DNA from: Acidimicrobiales bacterium
GTDB lineage: Bacteria > Actinomycetota > Acidimicrobiia > Acidimicrobiales > CAIXPF01
Direction of reading: 5' to 3'
NCBI GenBank assembly: GCA_046153015.1
Contig: JBJXGF010000326.1
Coordinates: 1-48,594, forward strand
DNA length: 48,594 nt
The notes under the pieces were generated by a model. It was not told where the DNA came from. It saw only the letters and a list, made by a program, of their open reading frames with translations, and did no database searches. The translations under genes were made by a program, and so were the position numbers. This document shows positions 10,203 to 20,454 of this stretch, piece after piece; position 1 is the stretch's first letter; each line of letters starts with the position of its first letter.

Positions 10203-11003
10203 TCAGCGACCCTTGAACTGCGGGTCGCGCTTCTCAAGAAACGCAGCGCGGGCCTCACGGCCGTCAGCGCTGGCGAACGCCCGGCGGATGTGGTGCAGCT
10301 CGTAGCGAAGCTGGCCCTCCAGATCCCGATGCGCCGTGGCCTCGCGCACAACCCGCTTGGTCGAACGGCCGGTGATGGGCGACAGCGACGTGAGCTGCTG
10401 GCAGTAGTCGGCGAAACGACCGGCGAAGGCGTCGTCGTCGGTCACCTCACCCACGAGACCGAGCTCCTTCGCCTCGTCGCCGAGCACGGTGCGGTTCTCG
10501 AGCAGAAAGCGCATCGCCTGCTCATAGCCCACGAGCTGGCTGAGCGTGAAGGACATGCCGCCGTCCGGGGACCCGCCGATGCGGGGGTAGCCGGCCATGA
10601 GGCGGGCGCTGCGCGCCATGATGCGGATGTCCGCCGCCAGTGCAAGGGACAACCCTGCGCCGACCGCGACGCCGTTGATGCCGGCGACGATCGGCTTGTC
10701 GCATCCATACCGCAGCGTTGAGCAGAACCGGCTCACCCAGCCGAGGTCGTCCAGCAGCGCGTTCTGCGCGGTCATGCCGGAGTGGTCGACGTCCCGGTCG
10801 CCGGTGAGGTCCAAGCCGGCACAGAATGCCTTGCCGGAACCGGTGAGACCGATGATCCAAGTGTCGTCGTCGCTGGTTGCGTCCTCCACAGCGTCGAGCA
10901 CCGCCCAGGCCAACTCCTCGGAGATCGCGTTCATCTTGTCGGGGCGGTTGAGCCGAATGGTGCGGACGTGGCCGTCCTGGGTGACTTCGACGACGTTGGA
11001 CAT
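10203..11003 (-). CDS. enoyl-CoA hydratase/isomerase family protein
   Basis: 266 aa. VRTIRLNRPDKMNA, FCAGLDL, and a C-terminal EARAAFLEKRDPQFKG. Confidence 0.9.
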   Translation of the reverse strand: MSNVVEVTQDGHVRTIRLNRPDKMNAISEELAWAVLDAVEDATSDDDTWIIGLTGSGKAFCAGLDLTGDRDVDHSGMTAQNALLDDLGWVSRFCSTLRYGCDKPIVAGINGVAVGAGLSLALAADIRIMARSARLMAGYPRIGGSPDGGMSFTLSQLVGYEQAMRFLLENRTVLGDEAKELGLVGEVTDDDAFAGRFADYCQQLTSLSPITGRSTKRVVREATAHRDLEGQLRYELHHIRRAFASADGREARAAFLEKRDPQFKGR

Positions 11004-11018
11004 GGAGTCACGCTATGG

Positions 11019-11053
11019 CGACGTGTCAGTAGCGTCAAACTACTCACACGACG
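11019..11053. promoter_or_regulatory. imperfect 14-bp inverted repeat between the MFS gene and the crotonase operon (operator or hairpin)
   Basis: CGACGTGTCAGTAG (11019-11032) pairs with CTACTCACACGACG (11040-11053) at 12 of 14 positions, with a 7-nt spacer. It lies 16 nt upstream of the start codon at 11003. Confidence 0.3.
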
Positions 11054-11202
11054 CGAGCGCCGACGGTTACGTCGCCACGGTGTGCAACGGTGTGGTCATC
11101 GCCGAGTTCGACGGACCCACCGGCGACCGCGGTGGCCGAGTGCTGCGATCGCAGTGATCCGCGAACCCCACGGGAGGGGAACTGGAGCAACCGCCGCGTC
11201 GC

Positions 11203-12558
11203 TCAGCGCATCTCGCGCAGGATCGGCTGGGTGAGGAAGGTCGACACGACCGTCACCAGGCCGATGGCGCCCGCCCCGGCGAACGTCCAACGGATGTCGG
11301 TTGCCTGGGCGATGAGGCCGGCCGCAAGCGCGCCGATCGGCATGAAACCCTGCTGCGCGAGGGTGTACAGGCTCATCACCCTGCCCATCAGCGCAGCGGG
11401 TGTGTGCGCCTGGATGAGCGACTGGTTCATGTTGATGTAGAAGCCGCCGCACATGCCCATCACCAACAGCAACGCCATGGCCTGGTAATAGCCGGGGCTC
11501 AGGCCGACCAGGGCGATGATCGTCGTGCCGCCCATCATCGCCTGCATGAACCGGGCGCCTTTCCTGGGAAGGTCCCCCCGGCGCATGATGTAGACCGACG
11601 AGATAGACATGCCGATGCCCATCATGGCCATGAGGGCGCCGGCGTCGCCGCCGTCACGCCCGAAGGATTCCTTCACCAGCGAGGGCAACAGCGTCATCGC
11701 CACCGAGCCAAGGCACAGGTTCCCGACGATCAACAGGCCGAACAAGGGTCGCAGGCCGCGGTCCGCCCAGACGTGGCGGGCGGCTTCACCAACACCACTG
11801 CGCATCGACGTGCGCGGTGCTGTGCTGCTGCCGGCTTGGCTCGGCGGGAGCGGCAGTCGGACGAGGAATACGAGTCCGACGAGCAGCAGGCCGGCCATGA
11901 AGAAGAAGGCGGCTTCGATGCCGAACAGCCCGCCGATCATCTGGGCGAGGACGGGCCCGAGGATCATCGACCCCGTCATCGTCAGCGCGTTCAAAGCGAT
12001 CGCGTTGAGGAGTTGCTCGCGTCGCACCAGGACCGGGACGAGTGCCAAGCGAACGGGCTGGCCGAGAGCGTTGAAGCCGCCCGCTGTCAGCGTCAGGACA
12101 ATCGTGGACGTCATGCCGATCGTGCCGGCGGCCAACAGCACGCCCGTGACCGCAACGACGGCCAGGCCACCCAATTGGCTGACGACCAGCAGCGTCCTGC
12201 GGTCGACCCGGTCCGCCAAAGCGCCCGCCTGGAGCACCAGGAGCAGTACGGGAAGGCCGATGGTGAAGCCGACGAGCCCAGCCGAGCCTTCGTCTCGACC
12301 GAGCACGTCGACGACGAGCCAGATGTAGGCGAACCTCTGGGCGTTCTGGACCAACGCGAACGTGACCACATTGCCCCACAGCAGCCGGAACGGTCGCTCC
12401 CGTAACGCGTTCTGCCGGTTTACTTTCGGGGATTCGCCTTGTGAACCAGGTGCCGGCGACGATTCCTCCAAAGCGACGCCGTCAACTGCTGTCGAGCCGA
12501 CACCGCTGCTTTCCTCCACGCCCACCTGCCCATCCTGGAAGTCGCTCAACCATGCCAC
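11203..12558 (-). CDS. MFS transporter
   Basis: 451-aa ORF with about 12 hydrophobic segments and MFS-like loops. The true start may be internal to the Ser/Gly-rich N-terminus. Confidence 0.85.
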   Translation of the reverse strand: MAWLSDFQDGQVGVEESSGVGSTAVDGVALEESSPAPGSQGESPKVNRQNALRERPFRLLWGNVVTFALVQNAQRFAYIWLVVDVLGRDEGSAGLVGFTIGLPVLLLVLQAGALADRVDRRTLLVVSQLGGLAVVAVTGVLLAAGTIGMTSTIVLTLTAGGFNALGQPVRLALVPVLVRREQLLNAIALNALTMTGSMILGPVLAQMIGGLFGIEAAFFFMAGLLLVGLVFLVRLPLPPSQAGSSTAPRTSMRSGVGEAARHVWADRGLRPLFGLLIVGNLCLGSVAMTLLPSLVKESFGRDGGDAGALMAMMGIGMSISSVYIMRRGDLPRKGARFMQAMMGGTTIIALVGLSPGYYQAMALLLVMGMCGGFYINMNQSLIQAHTPAALMGRVMSLYTLAQQGFMPIGALAAGLIAQATDIRWTFAGAGAIGLVTVVSTFLTQPILREMR

Positions 12559-12827
12559 GTCAGCCGTCGCGGTTCGCGATCGCTGACCCGACAGCGCCGA
12601 GTCGACCGCAGCGGCGCCGAGCGGAGAAGGGTCGGCCTTTCACCGACGGATGCGCTGCACGAAGGACCGCTCGTGGGTGGACGGTCGGTCGGCGTCCGCC
12701 GGTCGCCGGCACATGGGGCTTTGGGCAACCCGAACGGGTGGTCGACGCAGAGCGTTCGCATCCCGGCGAGCGGGCTTGCTCGGCGCGGTCCTTGATGCCG
12801 GCGAGGGGCTGCTCGAGTGCTTCGTGG

Positions 12828-12917
12828 TGTGTAGACCACGGGGAACAAGCAAATCTGGCTCACGTGGTCGGGGATACCGAGCAGTTCGGCGACGGCGTCG
12901 GCCTCGTTGAGGTACAA
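12828..12917 (-). pseudogene. possible nitroreductase C-terminal remnant
   Basis: ADAVAELLGIPDHVSQICLFPVVYT parallels the C-terminus of the intact nitroreductase in this window (ANAIIELPAGVTQIANILTAYT). There is no upstream continuation. Confidence 0.3.
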
Positions 12918-12984
12918 AGGCAGCCATTCCGACTTCTACCATTCGCCTGGTCATCGGGCGACTCGCCGCTCGGCTGTGAGGTCG

Positions 12985-13980
12985 TCAGTTCTGCAGGTGG
13001 GGCAACACGTGCTCGGTGAACTGCTCGAAGGTGTCGTGGCTCAGCGGCGCGCACATCAGCGAGTCGAGCTGGCATTCCTCCCGCAGCCGGGCCAACTTTT
13101 CGAGGACCTGGTTGGGGGTGCCCCACACGATGACGTCGTCCACGTAGCGCGCGATGGGGTCTGCTGGGTTCATGGAGCGTTCCAGCGACGGCGCAATGAC
13201 CTTCGACTTGTCCCCGGCGTAGGCATCCACGACCCACGTTGCCCCCCGCCGCGCGATCTGCTCGGCCTCGGCGCTGGTGGGCGCCACCGCCAAGAACCGA
13301 GCCGTCGGCAACTCCCGGCCTTCGATGCTGTGACCGTTCGCTTCGAGACCCGATCGATAGCGTTCGCGCTTGGTTGCGAGCTCGGCGAAGGTCGAGTGCG
13401 GATCAAGGAGGATGCTGTGACCCGCACCAGCCGCCCAGTCCAACGCATCGGGCGAGGTGGAGGCGACCCAGCTCGGCAGCTCCCGCTGGAGCGGTTTGGG
13501 TAGGACCTCGACGTCGTGGAACTGATGGAACTTGCCGTTGAAGGTCAGGCGCTGGTTTCGCCAGGCGGCCAGGACGATGGCGACGTTCTCACGGAACAGC
13601 TCGACACTGTCGTGGGGATCGACACCGAAGTTCTCGAACTCCTGGCGGTCGAAACCGCGCCCGGCTCCCCAGTTGACCCGACCGCCCGACAACACGTCGA
13701 GCAATGCGACCTCCTCGGCCAGGCGCAACGGATGGTAGAACGGCGCCAACGAGACGGCCGTACCGATGCGAAGGCGCGACGTGCGATCGGCGATGTGCAT
13801 GCCCATCAGGTGCACCGACGGGCACACCGAATAGGTCGTGAAATGATGCTCGGCCAACCAAACGCAGTCGTAGCCGGTCTTGTCCATCACGTCGATCCGT
13901 TCAAGCGCACGCGCATAGACGACGTCGAGCGGCACCCTCCGGCCCGGCCAGCTGAAGAACTGCAGCACGCTCACTTTCAC
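12985..13980 (-). CDS. LLM-class flavin-dependent oxidoreductase (luciferase-like monooxygenase)
   Basis: ORF 12985..14007. (V)KVSVLQFFSW.., GYDCVWLAEHHF, LDVLSGGRVNWGAGRG. The likely GTG start is at 13980. Confidence 0.85.
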   Translation of the reverse strand: MKVSVLQFFSWPGRRVPLDVVYARALERIDVMDKTGYDCVWLAEHHFTTYSVCPSVHLMGMHIADRTSRLRIGTAVSLAPFYHPLRLAEEVALLDVLSGGRVNWGAGRGFDRQEFENFGVDPHDSVELFRENVAIVLAAWRNQRLTFNGKFHQFHDVEVLPKPLQRELPSWVASTSPDALDWAAGAGHSILLDPHSTFAELATKRERYRSGLEANGHSIEGRELPTARFLAVAPTSAEAEQIARRGATWVVDAYAGDKSKVIAPSLERSMNPADPIARYVDDVIVWGTPNQVLEKLARLREECQLDSLMCAPLSHDTFEQFTEHVLPHLQN

Positions 13981-14068
13981 AACAGACCTCGCAATTAGTC
14001 TCGTCAAAGCACGGGCCGCAGAACATAGCGGGCCGCCCGGCCCCGTCGAGCCGCAACACAGCGGGTTG

Positions 14069-15076
14069 TCAGCTGCGTGCTGCTTCGACCGCCTCGGTGA
14101 TGGCCTCGGGTGAGGGCTGGGCGCCGTAGAACATCATGGTGGTGCGATCGGCGAACGCGTTGCGGGCGGCGATCTTGCGTCCGACCTCGCCAGGCGAGCC
14201 GGTGACGGCCACCAACTCGAGCAGATCGTCGTCGATGCGGTCCGTCATCTCCCGCCAGCGGCCCTGCTTGCTCATCGTGTTGAGCTCCGGCTGGAGATCG
14301 CCATAGCCGTGATGGTGGAGCACTCCGGCGTAGGCGGGGGTGGAGCCGTAGAACGCCAGCTGCGCTCGGGCCTTGAGCCGGGCATCGGCCAAGGAGGCTT
14401 CGTCGTTCCCCATGGCGACGATGGTGAGACAAGCCACGTCGATCGCTCCGGCGGGGCGGCCGGCGGCCTCGGCGCCCGTTGCCAGCGCGGGCAGCGTCTC
14501 AGTGGCAAGAAACTCTGGGGTATGGAAGGGGTGCACGAAGAACCCGTCGGCCACCTCGCCGATGGTGCGCATCATGTGTGGGCCGACGCCCGCGAGGTAG
14601 ATCTTCGGTGCGGCCACGTCGAGGGGGCCGGGGTTGAAGAACGGCGGCATGAGCGTGTGGGTGTAGAAGTCCCCACGGAAATCGAGCTTGTCGCCGGTGC
14701 TCCAACAATCCCAGATCGCCCGCACGGCGTGCACGTACTCGCGCAGGCGCTCCGCCGGCTTCGACCACGCCATGCCGTAGCGCTTCTCGATGTGGGGCTT
14801 GATCTGGGTGCCAAGGCCCAAGATGAAGCGGCCCTCGGTGAGCACCTGCAAGTCCCAGGCGATGTGCGCGCTCAGCATCGGCGTGCGGGCGAAGGCCACG
14901 GCGATGGCGGTGCCGAGCTCGATGCGGCTCGTGGTCTGGCTCGCCAAGGTCAACGGAACGAACGGATCGTGACCGGCTTCGAAGCTCCACGCCCCGTCGA
15001 GGCCCATCGCCTCGAAGCCGGCAGCCTCCTCGCCGCCGCCTCGCAGCTTCATCGATAGCGCACCGTCGAGTTTCAC
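14069..15076 (-). CDS. LLM-class F420-dependent oxidoreductase
   Basis: ORF 14069..15124. VKLDGAL..AMGLDGAWSFEAGHDPFVPL, LQVLTEGRFILGLG. The likely GTG start is at 15076. Confidence 0.85.
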   Translation of the reverse strand: MKLDGALSMKLRGGGEEAAGFEAMGLDGAWSFEAGHDPFVPLTLASQTTSRIELGTAIAVAFARTPMLSAHIAWDLQVLTEGRFILGLGTQIKPHIEKRYGMAWSKPAERLREYVHAVRAIWDCWSTGDKLDFRGDFYTHTLMPPFFNPGPLDVAAPKIYLAGVGPHMMRTIGEVADGFFVHPFHTPEFLATETLPALATGAEAAGRPAGAIDVACLTIVAMGNDEASLADARLKARAQLAFYGSTPAYAGVLHHHGYGDLQPELNTMSKQGRWREMTDRIDDDLLELVAVTGSPGEVGRKIAARNAFADRTTMMFYGAQPSPEAITEAVEAARS

Positions 15077-15334
15077 CGTCTGCACCCCTGGCTCCGAGCG
15101 GTCGGTGGTACCGGGCGACCGCAACCCCGGTGGGCGAGCCTACGTCGCGGCGTCGCGTCGCAGCACTCGGGGGTTTCGTAGCGAAGCGGTGCCCAGAAGG
15201 AGATCGCCGTCCAACTGATCGACGCGATGGCCATCGCGTGGCACGACAAAGAACGTCGCCAAGACCGGGTGATGCGGGGCGTCCGCCACTTCGATGCGAT
15301 CGAGCCGTTTCGGTGCGCCGTGTAGCTTCGCCCG

Positions 15335-16573
15335 GTGTCGATCCTGAAGGACTTCTCGCTCTCCACGGTCACCGCCGGCTTCGTCTCGGCGCTGGTCGGG
15401 CTGGCGACGGGGGTTACGCTCATCTTCGAAGCGGCCAACAGACTCGGCGCGACCGATGCCCAGGTCAGCTCCTGGGTGTGGGCGTTGTGTATGGGGATGG
15501 GCGTGCTGACCTTCGTCCCGTCGCTGCTCTTGCGGATGCCGGCGATGGTCGCCTTCTCGGCACCTGGTGCGGTGGTTCTGGCGACCCTGGCGCCCGGGGA
15601 GTTCACGCTGGCCCAAGGTATTGGGGCCTTCATCCTGAACGGTGTCGCCATGGCAATCGTCGGCTTCACCGGTCTTTTCGAACGGTTCATGGACCGCATC
15701 CCGGGCCCGCTCGCCGCCGCCCTGCTGGCCGGCGTCATCGCCCGGTTCGCCGTCGTCGGATTCGTCGATGCGAAGACAGCGCCTTGGCTCGTGCTCTTCG
15801 CCACCGCGGCCTACTTGGTGACGAGGCGGTTCGCGCCGGCGTACGCCGTGGTCGGCATGCTGGCCGTGGGATTGCTGACCTCGCTCGCGTCGGGCTCCAT
15901 GCAGACCGAACAGCTGACCTTGTCCTTGGCGAAGCCGATCGCCGTTGCGCCAACGTTCACGCTGGCCGCCTTGGTCGGCATCACCATCCCGCTGTTCGTG
16001 GTCACGATGGCCGGTCAGAACCTGCCAGGGGTGGCCGCCTACCGCGGTTCGGGCTATGACGTGCCAACCTCGAAGATGTTGGGCGGGACCGGCCTCGGCA
16101 CCGTCGCCCTGGCGCCCTTCGGCGGCTTTACCTTCAATCTCTCCGCCGTGATGGCGATGATCTGTGTGCACCCCAGCACCCACCCCGATCCTCGTCGTCG
16201 CTACACCGCGGCGCTCGCCGCAGGTGCCTTCTACCTCCTGGCCGGCACCCTCGGATCGTCGATCACCGGATTGCTCCGTGCGTTTCCCCCCGAGCTGGTG
16301 CACATCGTCGCCTCCCTGGCGCTGGCGCCCGTCGTGACGTCGAGCTTGACCGCCGCTGTTCGAGAGGACAAACACCGCGACGCGGCGAGCCTCACCTTCC
16401 TGGTCACCCTGTCGGGTGTCTCGGTGGGACCGATCGGCTCCCCGCTCTGGGGCGCCGCCGCCGGCCTGGCCGCAACCGCGCTCGCATCGACACGATTTCG
16501 GGCCGTTCTTCGCCGCCCATCGGCCCGGCGCACCGAGCCAGGACCTACCGCCGCGAGCGGCGTGGACCGGTAG
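15335..16573 (+). CDS. benE: benzoate/H+ symporter BenE-family transporter
   Basis: 412 aa, GTG start. N-terminus SILKDFSLSTVTAGFVSALVG plus multiple TM segments typical of BenE. Confidence 0.85.
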   Translation: MSILKDFSLSTVTAGFVSALVGLATGVTLIFEAANRLGATDAQVSSWVWALCMGMGVLTFVPSLLLRMPAMVAFSAPGAVVLATLAPGEFTLAQGIGAFILNGVAMAIVGFTGLFERFMDRIPGPLAAALLAGVIARFAVVGFVDAKTAPWLVLFATAAYLVTRRFAPAYAVVGMLAVGLLTSLASGSMQTEQLTLSLAKPIAVAPTFTLAALVGITIPLFVVTMAGQNLPGVAAYRGSGYDVPTSKMLGGTGLGTVALAPFGGFTFNLSAVMAMICVHPSTHPDPRRRYTAALAAGAFYLLAGTLGSSITGLLRAFPPELVHIVASLALAPVVTSSLTAAVREDKHRDAASLTFLVTLSGVSVGPIGSPLWGAAAGLAATALASTRFRAVLRRPSARRTEPGPTAASGVDR

Positions 16574-16651
16574 CTGCTCGCGTCGACCGTGTTGCGCTCG
16601 TCGGGTGTGGTGAGCGCAGTCCGACGGCGTTGCCGGCCTTCAGCTGTGCGC

Positions 16652-17851
16652 TCAGAACGGTCTCGTCGTCCCCGAAGCGGTGTCGGCCACCACGACGCCG
16701 GCTGCGGTGAGGGCGTCGATGCGGGCGTCGTCGTAGCCCAGCACCTCGGCGAGCACGGCGCGGTTGTCGGCTCCCCGGGGGGCCAGGTGCCCGTTGGTGC
16801 CGATGCCGGCACCTCGAGCGGGTCGGGCGGGTACGACGAAGCCTCCCGCGACGTTGGCGAACAGCTCTCGGTGCGCGGCCCAGTCGGTGGCGGCCAGTTC
16901 GTCGATCGAGCGCAGCTCGGCGGCGGTGAACGGCGAGCGTGCCTCCAGCGTGGTGCGGAAGTGGTCGAAGGAGTCGAACGACGCCGCCCATTCGGTGATG
17001 ATGGCGAACAGCTCGGCCTTGTTCGCCTCGCGGTCGACGGGGTCTGCGAAGCGGGGGTCGTCGGCCAGTTGTGGCCGCTCCAGCGCCACCACGAGGTGGT
17101 CAAACCAAGCGACCGGGCTGCCGGCGATGCCCCACACCGCGCCGTTGGGCAGCACCAGCAGCGGGCTCTGGTCGCAGGCGCCGGGGTTGGTGGTGTCCCA
17201 TCCGCCGGCCAGCTCGGTGGAGACCCATTCCTGGATGTAGACGAGCGATTCGATCATGCACACATCGAGGTGGCCGCCACGCCCGGTACGCGCCGCTTGG
17301 ACCAGTAGAGCGTTGATAGAGCCGGCCGCCGTCATCGCCGTGGTCACATCGCCCAACACCAGCGCCGGCTGGTGGGCTGGTCGGCCGATCTTGCGGCGGT
17401 CGTACTCGAGCAGGCCCGATTCGAGGTGGCCCATCGGTGCGTAGGCCCGGCGGTCGGCCCACGGGCCGTCTTGGCCGAACCCGGTGATCGAGCAGTACAC
17501 CAGCGCGGGGAACCGCTCGCACATCTCCGCTGGGCCCAGCCCGAACTTGGCCATAACGCCGGGCCGGTAGTTCTCCACCAGCACGTCGCAGGTGGCGAGC
17601 AGTTCGAGCAGGAGATCGGTGGCGCCTGGAGCGGCGAGGTCGATCGAGCAGAACCGCTTGCCGGCGTTCTGCTGGGCGAAGTACGGGGTCATCCCGGCCT
17701 CGCCGATCGGCGGGAAGGCTCGGCTCATGTCGCCCTCGGGCGGCTCGATCTTGATGACCTCTGCCCCCTGGTCGGCCAACATCCGCGTGGCCAGGGGTCC
17801 AGCCACCACTCTGGTGAGATCCAGCACGCGAATGCCGTCGAGTGGTCCCAT
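16652..17851 (-). CDS. CaiB/BaiF family III CoA-transferase
   Basis: MGPLDGIRVLDLTRVVAGPLATRMLADQGAEVIKIEPPEGD is the family signature N-terminus. I set the start at ATG 17851, inside ORF 16652..17974. Confidence 0.9.
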   Translation of the reverse strand: MGPLDGIRVLDLTRVVAGPLATRMLADQGAEVIKIEPPEGDMSRAFPPIGEAGMTPYFAQQNAGKRFCSIDLAAPGATDLLLELLATCDVLVENYRPGVMAKFGLGPAEMCERFPALVYCSITGFGQDGPWADRRAYAPMGHLESGLLEYDRRKIGRPAHQPALVLGDVTTAMTAAGSINALLVQAARTGRGGHLDVCMIESLVYIQEWVSTELAGGWDTTNPGACDQSPLLVLPNGAVWGIAGSPVAWFDHLVVALERPQLADDPRFADPVDREANKAELFAIITEWAASFDSFDHFRTTLEARSPFTAAELRSIDELAATDWAAHRELFANVAGGFVVPARPARGAGIGTNGHLAPRGADNRAVLAEVLGYDDARIDALTAAGVVVADTASGTTRPF

Positions 17852-17915
17852 GCCCGCACGGTAGCCAGGTTCCCCTCGGCGGGTCGCCTCTGCTGGCGGG
17901 TTTGCGCTGCAAGTA

Positions 17916-18254
17916 GTGTCCGGGCCCAAGGTGAGTTTCGGCGTCAACATGTTCCCGACCGACAAGGCGATCAACCCGCTGCTGCTGGCCCAACAAGCCG
18001 AGGCGCGTGGTTTCGAATCGATCTGGTTCCCCGAGCACAGTCATATCCCCACGAGTCGCGTGACGCCCTGGGGCGGCAACGCCAAGGCGCCGCCGCTACC
18101 CGAGGAGTACTGGCGCACCTACGACCAGTTCGTGGCGCTCGGCATGGCTGCCGCGGTCACCAAGCGCATCGTGTTTGGCCTCCCGCCGGCCGAGGCCGAC
18201 AAGGTGCTGCCGGTCCTCGACCGTCACGCCGAACTCGCCGCCAAATACAGCTGA
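17916..18254 (+). CDS. LLM-class F420-dependent oxidoreductase with an in-frame internal deletion (112 aa)
   Basis: The N-terminus (FGVNMFPTD..RGFESIWFPEHSHIPTSR..PEEYWRTYDQFVALGMAAAVTKRI) is fused near nt 18171 to the extreme C-terminus (VFGLPPAEADKVLPVLDRHAELAAKY). About 190-220 aa of core is missing relative to the intact paralogues. Confidence 0.65.
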   Translation: MSGPKVSFGVNMFPTDKAINPLLLAQQAEARGFESIWFPEHSHIPTSRVTPWGGNAKAPPLPEEYWRTYDQFVALGMAAAVTKRIVFGLPPAEADKVLPVLDRHAELAAKYS

Positions 18255-18300
18255 ACCTCGCCGAGTCCACCAGCGCGGCGACCGGGCATGGGCCTGTTGC

Positions 18301-18723
18301 TCAGTCGCGCCTGAGCGGCTCGCGGTCGGCGGGAAGGGCAAGGATCGTTGCGTGGGTCACGCACGTCTTGCGGGAGCTGAACATCAGCTCCGCACCGTCG
18401 GCGGCGGGCAACTCCAGGAACGTCCTGTGCGACGGGTACCAAACGGCCAAGATCTCGTCGTAGTCGTCGTGGGCACAGCCGATGACGGCATCGATCACGG
18501 GCGTTCGCCAGAGCACGGCACCCCCGACGGCGCCGACCGAATGCTCGAGACGGGACATGTACAGGCAGTACTCGTCGCCATCGGGAAACCCTGCCGCTGG
18601 TGTGTACCGGTTCAGGTTGAGCATCAGCACCGGCTCATCGGCGCGCCCGGCCCGCTCATGGGCTCGTTCCATCGCTTGTCGGTCAGCGCGGACATGGACA
18701 TCGTGCATTCGTTTTCCCTTCAT
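18301..18723 (-). CDS. DUF1330-like protein
   Basis: 140 aa. PVLMLNLNRY..EYCLYMSRLEHSVGAVGGAVLW..YDEILAVWYPSHRTFLEL fits my recollection of the DUF1330 pattern. Confidence 0.7.
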   Translation of the reverse strand: MKGKRMHDVHVRADRQAMERAHERAGRADEPVLMLNLNRYTPAAGFPDGDEYCLYMSRLEHSVGAVGGAVLWRTPVIDAVIGCAHDDYDEILAVWYPSHRTFLELPAADGAELMFSSRKTCVTHATILALPADREPLRRD

Positions 18724-18931
18724 CGCTCACCGTTCCGGCTGTCGGTCATCGAGTGCTCGTGACCCAGCGACTCGACGTAGAGGCGGTGGACCCCCAACTC
18801 CGATGCGGCGTGCCACGCCCACAGCACGACGGGTCCCTCGCCTCCGGACATCGAAAAATGGCCGCATCGCTCGGATAGCGTTGGTCCGACGAACGGATCG
18901 ACGATATCGGATGGCGTGCGCACCCGTCGGC

Positions 18932-19489
18932 TCAGCGGAGGAGTCGTTCGGCAGTGGCGCCGAAGGTGCTGACGATGGCAGGATCCCGCTTGGCTTTCGC
19001 CAGCAGCAACAGCCCCTCCATCTGGGCCAGCAGGGTGAGTGCGATGGCCGTCGGGTCGACGTCTGCGGCCAGTTCGCCGGAGGTCTGGCCGGCTTCGATC
19101 GCAATGGCGAAGGTGGCGGCCATCTCGTCGAACACGTGGCTCACGCAACAGCGGATGGCTTCGTCGGTGTTGGCGAGCTCAAGAGCGAAGTTCCCGAACC
19201 GGCAACCGGAGATCGCTCCCTCGACAGCGAGCTTGAGGGTCAGGCTTGCGGCGAGCTGTTCCCCGAAACGATGGAACGTGTCGATGGCGCTCGACTGCTC
19301 GAACGCCAGCGCTGCCTTCGAGTCGAAGAAGTGGTAGAAGCTCCCCTTGCGGACATCGGCCTCTCGGCAGACATCGGCGACGCCGACCGCCTCGTCGCCG
19401 CGGTAGCGCACCAGCCGGTCGGGGCCACCAAGTCCCGGTGCACCTGGATTCCGCCGTGACCAGCTGCGAACTGAACGATCCCCGACCAT
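18932..19489 (-). CDS. TetR/AcrR family transcriptional regulator
   Basis: AVGVADVCREADVRKGSFYHFFDSKAALAFE is the TetR HTH signature. 185 aa. Divergent from a BenE-like pseudogene. Confidence 0.8.
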   Translation of the reverse strand: MVGDRSVRSWSRRNPGAPGLGGPDRLVRYRGDEAVGVADVCREADVRKGSFYHFFDSKAALAFEQSSAIDTFHRFGEQLAASLTLKLAVEGAISGCRFGNFALELANTDEAIRCCVSHVFDEMAATFAIAIEAGQTSGELAADVDPTAIALTLLAQMEGLLLLAKAKRDPAIVSTFGATAERLLR

Positions 19490-19532
19490 GAACTGTGTCC
19501 GATGACGGCGCCACCCCGACCCAACACTGCCG

Positions 19533-20194
19533 ATGTCCGTTCCGAGATCGAGGACCCGAGGACGGGTCGAGACCGCGCCGTGGATCGTCGCACTGTTCGG
19601 GATCCCTGCGGTGCTGAGCCTGCTGCTGGTTTGGCGCTATCGCCAACCGATCGTGCTCACCGGCAACGTCTTCGTCTGGATCTACCTCGTCCGCCTGGGA
19701 GGAGACATCGGCTGGAGCGATCTCGTCGGCGCCTCCATGCTCGCCGGCGTGATCGTGACCGCACTGGCCCGCTGCGGCTCACCCGGTTCCTGACGCGTTG
19801 GCTGCCATCATCCATCGTGTCGGCACTGCTGGCGGGCGCCGTGCTCGGCTTCTTCATCGACCCCTTCAGCGCCCTGGACCGTGAGCTCGTACTCGTCGGC
19901 GCCCCGCTCATCGCCTATCTCCTCGCTCGATCGACAGGACGGGCCTGGCTGCCGCCGATGCTGCCCGCCTTGGTCGCCACCGTCACCCCCGTCGTGGTCC
20001 TGTTGATGACGCTTCCCACTAACATCCCCTCGATGGTCCTGCTCGAAAACAACGGCTACCAACCACCCAAAGGCATGATCGGCACCGTCAGCGGGCTCAG
20101 CACCATCGCCAGTTCGCTCCTCGGCCCCTCCGCAACATCGCTGTCGCTACCCGGAACCGCCATCTGCCTTGCACCCGACAGCGCCATTTGGTGA
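19533..20194 (+). pseudogene. BenE-family transporter paralogue: 5'- and 3'-truncated, with a frameshift near 19772-19778
   Basis: Frame 1 (WIVALFGIPAVLSLLLV..GASMLAGVIVTALARCG) and frame 2 (LTRFLTRWLPSSIVSALLAGAVLGF..NIPSMVLLENNGYQPPKGMIGTVSGLST) align colinearly with the intact BenE at 15335. The first ~45 aa and the last ~130 aa are absent. Confidence 0.6.
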
Positions 20195-20454
20195 GCATCA
20201 CAGCCCGCGAGTTCTTTCTGAGATAGTCCAAGCCGGTGGAGACATCCATGGGCTGACTTTAACCTCGATCCACCGATCTGAAGAATTCAGTTGGGCGTAT
20301 ACGACGTTGGTGTCCGCCACGGTGTCGAGCTCAGGGAGATACCCGGCCGTGTACAGGTCAGCGGATCGGCCGAACAGCGCTCCGGCGGCGACGATACGGC
20401 CCGGCCCCAGCACCGACCAACGGCCTCCCACGACGCGGCCGACTGTCGCAGGTC

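Noticed and set aside
15140-16375. 411-aa ORF antisense to the BenE gene
   Set aside because: It has highly charged, repetitive composition (R/G/D/E/H runs). The opposite strand encodes a convincing 12-TM BenE transporter.
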